Part shown: positions 58,202-64,000 of the stretch, in pieces | Numbering within the stretch: position 1 is the stretch's first letter | Layout of the letters: the number at the start of each line of letters is the position of its first letter | Assembly (NCBI GenBank): GCA_016182095.1 | Contig: JACOXY010000014.1 | Coordinates: forward strand, 7,234-71,233 | Source: Candidatus Liptonbacteria bacterium | GTDB taxonomy: Bacteria > Patescibacteriota > Minisyncoccia > UBA6257 > JACOXY01 | Direction of reading: 5' to 3' | Length of the DNA: 64,000 bases | Notes under the pieces: generated by a model | Seen by the model: only the letters and a program-made list of their open reading frames with translations | The model's database searches: none | Told to the model about the DNA's origin: nothing | Program-made: the position numbers and the translations under genes

Positions 58202-59093
58202 GGCCCCGCGCAGTTTATCAATGCCCGGGGTGGTGGCTGGGGGTGCCGTAGCACCTAGGGCCTGCCACCTCGGTCAGAGACTGGATCCTTGAAGCGCGTC
58301 CCCTTGTGGGGCCGCCTTCAAGTTGTGAGCCACTGGCTCACAAACAAGCGCGATCCAATCTCCTGGAAAATTTTAAGAACTCGCGGAGGGAGATGTCGGC
58401 CTATCCCGTGGCTCGGTTGCCGGCTGGTCGGGCCAGGCAGAACGGCAGCTTGCGCTGCGGCCTTGTTTCCGTCGTTGCCCAGCGCCCATTCCCCGACAGT
58501 TTACCGGACATCTCCTCCCGCGAAATCTGGGCTCGCAGCTTCGCACAATTGACAACTGACACTTAACAATTGACTTGTGCAGACAAGCGCAAATTTCGTG
58601 GGATAAGTTTATTTTATTTCCTGAGCCTGTCGAAGGAATACAATACTGTAGTGCTTCGACTACGCTCAGCAACTAAATTTTCACCCCCCCAAGTAAATGT
58701 TTTTCACTATCTGCCTTTCCTGAAATATCTTACTTGAATGAAACGATTGACTGAAAAACACTTACTTGGTACATTACAGCTACGCCCAGAACTTCGTCGG
58801 GCCCGCGCGCACGACATACGGTGCGTTAGCCGGCCACCTCTGGACGTAGGACTTGCGGCGACCTCGAGATCACCGCGCACCAATGAAAAGAACTTGCGAA
58901 GCTCGGAAGAACAACTTCCGTCGTCTTACGGTTCGGAAACCCCGAACGCTGCAGCGGTAACAGCTCCCACGGCCAGCGCCAAGCACCAGCATCCGAGCTC
59001 CCGGCGAATATTGGAGGTGTGCTGCCCGGACCAGCACACCCCCGCTGCTTTAGCCAATCTCCAGGAAGTGTCTCGGGCCTCCCAAGATTGGAT
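58174..59093 (-). ncRNA. putative long structured ncRNA (two GC-rich domains, ~58190-58545 and ~58775-59093)
   Basis: Dense nested helices, c(UACG)g and c(GCAA)g tetraloops and G-U pairs on the minus strand; no credible ORF; promoter and terminator present. Confidence 0.65.
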
Positions 59094-59099
59094 TTCAAC

Positions 59100-59128
59100 A
59101 TTATAGCATACTATCCAGAATAATGCAA
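59100..59128 (-). promoter_or_regulatory. sigma70 promoter
   Basis: TTGCAT-N17-TATAAT with extended TG. Confidence 0.75.
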
Positions 59129-59173
59129 GTAGTCAAAAAAACAGCGTGAAATAAGGGTTTTATAAGCAAGTGA

Positions 59174-59385
59174 GAAGCCCAACTTTGTGACATCCGATGT
59201 CCAGAAACAAAAGACATTAATATTCGGGACATCGGAAGTCAATGCAAAGTCCAACTTTGCGACATCCGATATCTAAAGATGTGGCTGCGGAAAGAAGCCC
59301 AACTTTGTGACTTCCGATGTCCAGAAACAAAAAACTTCAACCCTTCGACTTCGCTCAGGGCAGGCATTTAGGACTTCGGATGTAA
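59174..59385. repeat. cluster of GACWTCCGATGTCC REP-like palindromes
   Basis: 39-nt direct repeat at 59174-59212 and 59294-59332, degenerate copy ~59250, inverted copies ~59227 and ~59371. Confidence 0.75.
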
Positions 59386-59477
59386 GGGGTTATCCTACTA
59401 TATACTGCCCCACTTGGCGCCAAAAAGCCACACGAGGGGTAAGACCTAATATTTGGAAAATGGCGCAACATTTTTTT

Positions 59478-59638
59478 ATGAGCATCACACAGCAATATCT
59501 ATAAATTATCGAAGCTTCGAGTAAAAAATAAGAAAATGCCGCTGTCTGAATCCCGCAGTTTTGCTTTAGCAAAACCAGGTTGAGTTCGGCATTTTCTTAT
59601 TCATTTTTTAGGAGAAGCAAGGATAATTTATATATTGC
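59478..59638. repeat. right arm of a 161-bp inverted repeat
   Basis: Reverse complement of 57956-58116. Confidence 0.92.
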
Positions 59639-59669
59639 AGGGGGCGCGAAGAAAAAAACGTTGTGCCAT

Positions 59670-61550
59670 TTATTCAACAGCCAACCCTAACGCCTTTTTT
59701 CTCCTCTCTTCATTCTCGTCCAAAACCCTTTTCCTTATACGCACATTTTTAGGAGTCACCTCCACCAACTCATCATCCCCGATGTATTCCAGCGCAGCTT
59801 CCAGATCCATGGTCCTTGGAGTATTAAAGTGTTCATCCAACCCTTGATTTTTTGAACGCATGTTGGAGAGTTCTTTTTCCTTGCAAACATTTAATCTGAT
59901 GTCTTCCTCGCGCGCATTCTCTCCCACTACCTGGCCCTTGTACACCTCCACTCCGGGACCAAAAAATAAAACTCCCCTGTCTTGAACATTTAGTAGTCCG
60001 TACATTTTAGTAACGCCCGTTTCATGCGCTACGAGTGAACCGCGCTCTTTATCTTTCCAATCTTTATAATCCTCCGCAAACTTATCAAAAAGAGAGTTCA
60101 TAATTCCCATGCCTTTGGTATCGGTTAAAAATTCACTTCTGTATCCGAAAAGCCCCCTCGTAGGAATAAAAAATTCTAAGAAAGTAGTGCCTAAAACAGA
60201 TTTGCTTTGCAAATCTGTTCGGCCGGACAATCCTTCAGATTGTCTTAGGCCATCCACTTTCATATTCTGCATAATTCCATGCCTTCCGCCTAATTTTTGA
60301 ATTACAACCCCGGAATAAATCTCCGGAACTTCTATAAAAACTTTTTCATATGGAGCCATAAGCTTTCCGTCAATTTCTTTTAAAATCACCTGCGGTCGCG
60401 AAACTTGAAACTCATATCCTTCCCTGCGCAACCGCTCAATTAAGATCGCGAGATGCAACTCGCCCCTCCCGGACACTATCCAACCACCTACACCATTTGC
60501 CTCATCTAACACCTGTAAAGCCATATCGGTTTCAAGCTCCCGAAATAATCGCTCGCGAATTTGGCGTGAAGTTGTAAACTGCCCCTCTCTCCCCGCAAAA
60601 GGAGAATCGTTGGCACTGAAGGTCATTTTTACCGTCGGCTCCTCTATATCCAAGAGCGGCAAAGCCACGGGATTATTTGCGTCCGCTATGGTTTCGCCAA
60701 TATTTATATCCGGGATTCCAGAAATTGCCACAATATCTCCAGCTAAAATTTCCTTCGCATCCACGCGGCCCAAACCTTCAAAAGTCATGACTGATGTAGG
60801 ACGGTATTTTTTTACTTCGCCACTTCTATTTATATGAGCCACCTCAACTCCGGCTTTGAGAATGCCATTATAAATTTTCCCGGTCGCGATTCTACCTTTA
60901 AAACTATCTCCCGATACGGTTGTAACCAAAATTTGAAGCGGTTTATTAACATCTCCTGTTGGCGCCGGCACGTGGGTTAAGATTGTTTCAAATAGTGGCG
61001 TCACATCTTGCATTTTAGAAACATCCGCTTCCAAGCCAGCCAAGCCCTGCTTTCCTACCGTATAAATAACTGGGAAATCCAAGAGCTCGCTGGGCGCGCC
61101 GAGCTCAACAAACAAATCAAATGTTTTATCAAGCGCAAATGGCGGCCGGGCATCCGGTTTATCAATTTTATTTATCACCACGATGATTTTAAGATTCATC
61201 GCGAGGGCTTTTTTCAAAACAAATCTGGTCTGCGGCATGGGACCCTCTTTGGCATCAACCAAAAGGAGAGCGGCATCCGCCATGTTTAAAACACGCTCCA
61301 CCTCTCCTCCGAAATCAGCGTGGCCCGGCGTATCAATTATGTTAATTTTTACACCACTCCATACCACGCTCGCGTTTTTACTAAAAATCGTAATACCACG
61401 CTCGCGTTCAAGTTCGTTGGAGTCCATGATAAGCCCCGCCGCTTCGGTTTCTTTTCCAATTTTAGTTTTTGATTGCCTTAAGAGCGCATCAACCAGTGTA
61501 GTTTTCCCATGGTCAACGTGCGCTATGATAGCGATGTTTCTGATGTTCAT
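59670..61550 (-). CDS. typA: translational GTPase TypA/BipA
   Basis: NIAIIAHVDHGKTTLVD, DTPGHADFGGEVER, GRGELHL, RGL.GYR, ELVEVTP; start taken at ATG 61550. Confidence 0.97.
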   Translation of the reverse strand: MNIRNIAIIAHVDHGKTTLVDALLRQSKTKIGKETEAAGLIMDSNELERERGITIFSKNASVVWSGVKINIIDTPGHADFGGEVERVLNMADAALLLVDAKEGPMPQTRFVLKKALAMNLKIIVVINKIDKPDARPPFALDKTFDLFVELGAPSELLDFPVIYTVGKQGLAGLEADVSKMQDVTPLFETILTHVPAPTGDVNKPLQILVTTVSGDSFKGRIATGKIYNGILKAGVEVAHINRSGEVKKYRPTSVMTFEGLGRVDAKEILAGDIVAISGIPDINIGETIADANNPVALPLLDIEEPTVKMTFSANDSPFAGREGQFTTSRQIRERLFRELETDMALQVLDEANGVGGWIVSGRGELHLAILIERLRREGYEFQVSRPQVILKEIDGKLMAPYEKVFIEVPEIYSGVVIQKLGGRHGIMQNMKVDGLRQSEGLSGRTDLQSKSVLGTTFLEFFIPTRGLFGYRSEFLTDTKGMGIMNSLFDKFAEDYKDWKDKERGSLVAHETGVTKMYGLLNVQDRGVLFFGPGVEVYKGQVVGENAREEDIRLNVCKEKELSNMRSKNQGLDEHFNTPRTMDLEAALEYIGDDELVEVTPKNVRIRKRVLDENEERRKKALGLAVE

Positions 61551-61561
61551 AATTAAAACTA

Positions 61562-61615
61562 TTTCCTGAACTTGTCGAAGGAATACAATATTGTAACCCT
61601 TCGATAAACTCGGGG
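61562..61615. repeat. CTGA..TGTCGAAG / CTTCGA..CTCAG REP-like palindrome
   Basis: Shares arms and the AATACAATA(C/T)TGTA loop with 58617-58672. Confidence 0.7.
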
Positions 61616-61745
61616 TATAAAGTTTCTTCGCTCTGCTTAGCATTACCAACGCGAGCGAATGCGGATAATTCTATCACACTTAAAAGAGCTTGACAAGTAA
61701 TATATGACGTGTTAAACTTGGCACAGCAAGAAAGGAGGGTTCAGA

Positions 61746-61984
61746 TGGTTGAACTTATTTACCGCAAAAATAAGGAAGAAGAGACTATGCTGAAAAGTGA
61801 AGCATGGAAGATACAGGTGCGGCAGAATGAAATAATAATGCTAATTGATCTGACTATGACTAACTCACTACTTGCACTGCACGCAACCACAGCAGAGGAG
61901 CGGGAGGATAACATTGCAAGCATTAGAAAACTCCACACGGAGTTCACAGAGAATCAGAGAAAACTTCTCGCCCTTTCTGGCTGA
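61746..61984 (+). CDS. small helical hypothetical protein
   Basis: TTGACA promoter, AAGGAGG SD, AGGCAACC/GGTTGCCT terminator downstream. Confidence 0.6.
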
Positions 61985-62057
61985 TCCGGCCAAAAAAAAG
62001 AAGCGTTAAGTTCCCCAAGGCAACCCCGCAAAGGTTGCCTTTTTAGGGAGTGTGAGT

Positions 62058-63278
62058 CTAATGGGCAATTTTCACAACCCGAACTTTCTGAATCTGGTGG
62101 CCAGACACTTCTTCCACTTGAAATTTAAGCCCATTTAACTCAAAAGCTTCGCCAAGTTCCGGGGCGTGATTAAGTTTTTCCGTAAGAAATCCGTGTAATG
62201 TTTTCTTGGACTTGATCTCGGTATTGAAAAAATGGTTAATAGAGGCGATTTTTGTCTGGCCATGAGCAATAATCTCATCTTTGCTCACGCGCTTGATAAT
62301 CTCGGGCACAATATCTTTTTCGTCAATAATTTCTCCGACCAATTCCTCCAATACGTCTTCAAGGCCAACCACGCCCACAATATTGCCATACTCACTAACT
62401 ACAACCGCTAAATGCAAACGCTTCTCCTGAAAATCGTGTATGAGATCATCCGCAAGCCGGGTATCGGGAACAAAGAATGCCTCTTTGGCGTAACTCAAAA
62501 CTTTTTTATCAAACTCATCGCTCGCGAGGGCGCGCAAAAGATCTCTCTGGTGGACGATGCCCACGATATTATCTTTATTTCCCTGATACACTGGGAGGCG
62601 CGAATGCTTGGCGTTTTTAATAAATTCAGCGGCATCTTTTATGGTAACCCCGCCGTCCAAAAAAGTAACAAAGGGCCGCGGAGTCATCATGTCTCCGGCG
62701 GTAATGTCATTCAATTTAAATACGCGCTCAATCATGGCGGCTTCGCCGGCCCGGATCACGCCCTCTTTCACGCCCGCCTGGGTTAAGAGCGCGATTTCTT
62801 CTTCGGAGGTCGTAAATGGCGAGGCACCGCTCGTAAACGGCTTTGAAATAATTTCTAAAATTACGACCAGTGGAGAAATAAGAATAGTAAGCCAAGAAAG
62901 TGGAACCGCGGCTAACGGAAAAATAACAGGGCTCCAGCGCTCACCGATATTTTTAGGAAGAATCTCGGCAAGAGTAATCATAAAAAATGTCAGTATCGCC
63001 GAAAAAATCCCGATGCCTAAATCAGAAAAAAGCTCCGCGGCAAGCGTTCCCATGAAAATACTCCCCACAGTACTTATAGTCGAAGAAAGCACCACAAGCG
63101 TCGCGATGGTTTTTAACGGCTTTTCGCGCAATTCCAATGCCTTTCGCACCCCAAATTTACCTTGCGCAACATAGACACGCGCCTTAGAAATGGGGTAAGA
63201 AAATAGCGCCGCCTCAATCAAAGAAAGCGTCCCGCCTATTGTTATTAATCCTAAAGCCAAAATGACTAAAGCTGCCAT
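62058..63278 (-). CDS. hemolysin/CNNM family CBS-domain protein (DUF21-CBS-CorC)
   Basis: EAALFS, EILPK, MTPR, HSRLPVY, EYG...GVV.LEDVLEELVGEI.DE; start taken at ATG 63278. Confidence 0.92.
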   Translation of the reverse strand: MAALVILALGLITIGGTLSLIEAALFSYPISKARVYVAQGKFGVRKALELREKPLKTIATLVVLSSTISTVGSIFMGTLAAELFSDLGIGIFSAILTFFMITLAEILPKNIGERWSPVIFPLAAVPLSWLTILISPLVVILEIISKPFTSGASPFTTSEEEIALLTQAGVKEGVIRAGEAAMIERVFKLNDITAGDMMTPRPFVTFLDGGVTIKDAAEFIKNAKHSRLPVYQGNKDNIVGIVHQRDLLRALASDEFDKKVLSYAKEAFFVPDTRLADDLIHDFQEKRLHLAVVVSEYGNIVGVVGLEDVLEELVGEIIDEKDIVPEIIKRVSKDEIIAHGQTKIASINHFFNTEIKSKKTLHGFLTEKLNHAPELGEAFELNGLKFQVEEVSGHQIQKVRVVKIAH

Positions 63279-63279
63279 A

Positions 63280-63417
63280 CCCGGTATATCAACTTTCAGC
63301 ATGATTTATTTTTGCAAAATAAATCATTAAATCTGGTGGTTGATAATATTTATGATAATTTAATTTATTTTAAACTTTTTCGCATTTTGCCAAAAAACTG
63401 AAAGTTGTATTACTGGG
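63280..63417 (-). mobile_element. CCCAGT-family TIR element with TATG duplication at the start codon
   Basis: Arms 63280-63299 / 63398-63417; CATA at 63276-63279 and 63418-63421. Confidence 0.8.
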
Positions 63418-63651
63418 CATAGTTTTAGCATACGGAAATTATGGGAAAATAACAAAGCTACGCACCAGAACAAGTTCGGTGCGTTACTTCACTTCGTTTA
63501 GCTTTCTCTCACAAATTAAAAAAGTTTGTTCTACTTTATCAAGTTCTTCGGAACTGAAGGCGCTACGGTGCCGGCCCCTAACCCACTGCGGTTGGGGGTT
63601 TTTTATTTTAAACAAAAATCCGCCTCTCGGCGAAATTTTTCTGCTCTTCTT

Positions 63652-63762
63652 TGTGCTGGCGTACCCTACTTTCCCAGTGATAGTATCATCAGGCTTAGAC
63701 GCTTTCACTTCTCTGTTCGGAATGGGAAGAGGTGGTGCACATCCAAGTAAAACACCAGCACA
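63652..63762 (-). rRNA. rrf: 5S rRNA
   Basis: Minus strand CACCTCTTCCCATTCCGAACAGAGAAGTGAAA, GGGAAAGTAGG; paired termini TGTGCTGG/CCAGCACA. Confidence 0.93.
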
Positions 63763-63837
63763 AAAAAGACCAGATTAAATTTTAATATAGAAATTAGCAG
63801 ATATATGCCTTCCTTAGGAAGGGCACAGTCAGCATTG

Positions 63838-64000
63838 GGATGGTCGGCACCCATTAGTACCCTTTGGCTCGGCACTCTCTACACAAATATCGCGAAACAT
63901 TGGAAGCTCAAAATTATGCCGGAGCTCGCGGCGCGACGACGAAAGTGTACTCGAAGAGTACATTGAGGAGGAGCAACAAAGAGATCATCTAATTTTGAGT
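63838..64000 (-). rRNA. rrl: 3' end of 23S rRNA (partial), apparently with an intervening sequence
   Basis: GAGCCAAAGGGTACTAA...GACC terminal motif just upstream of 5S; sequence beyond ~63875 does not follow the 23S consensus. Confidence 0.6.

Noticed and set aside
58174-59093. tmRNA or group II intron
   Set aside because: No tRNA-like T-arm/CCA ends and no recognisable domain V or GUGYG start.
58174-59106. ORFs 58289-58552, 58306-58566, 58373-58672, 58738-59106 and 58826-59101 as proteins
   Set aside because: Overlapping, Arg/Pro/Ala-rich, no SD or recognisable motifs; expected by chance in GC-rich structured DNA.
59174-59332. CRISPR array
   Set aside because: Only two good copies, irregular spacing, inverted copies interleaved, and no cas genes.
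42016-63302. Longer N-termini given in the ORF track for parB, the GIY-YIG gene, rpsR, rodA, typA and the CNNM gene
   Set aside because: The extensions are translations of upstream repeat elements; conserved N-termini begin at downstream starts.
1-64000. Alternative genetic code (TGA=Gly)
   Set aside because: Conserved genes such as parA, ssb, relA and htrA end at TGA at the expected positions.

Overview
64 kb of a small-genome bacterium, most likely Patescibacteria/CPR (Parcubacteria-like). This is inferred from standard code 11, rplK without rplA, a compact rpoB/rpoC, DUF5671/DUF5674 genes and a LexA-MTase fusion. Core genes include tmk, rplK, nusG, secE, gyrB (with a 434-aa HNH intein), htrA, relA/spoT, parAB, rpsF-ssb-rpsR, rpoBC, a broken mltG, rodA and typA. 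There are five intact tRNAs, 5S rRNA and the 3' end of 23S rRNA. Accessory content is a 2-oxoacid dehydrogenase E1/E2/LipB cluster and two tRNA-linked restriction-modification islands. The most unusual signals are non-coding. (1) Several families of CCC...GGG terminal-inverted-repeat elements sit exactly at start codons, often duplicating the ATG; one carries a GIY-YIG nuclease. (2) A ~920-nt ORF-poor, highly structured minus-strand transcription unit has its own sigma70 promoter and terminator and lies inside 161-bp inverted repeats. (3) A second ~270-nt structured RNA candidate. (4) An intact tRNA-Ser(CGA) is nested in the anticodon loop of a decayed tRNA-Ser(CGA). (5) rpoC has no usable canonical start codon. 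All calls come from motif recognition by eye; no searches were run.
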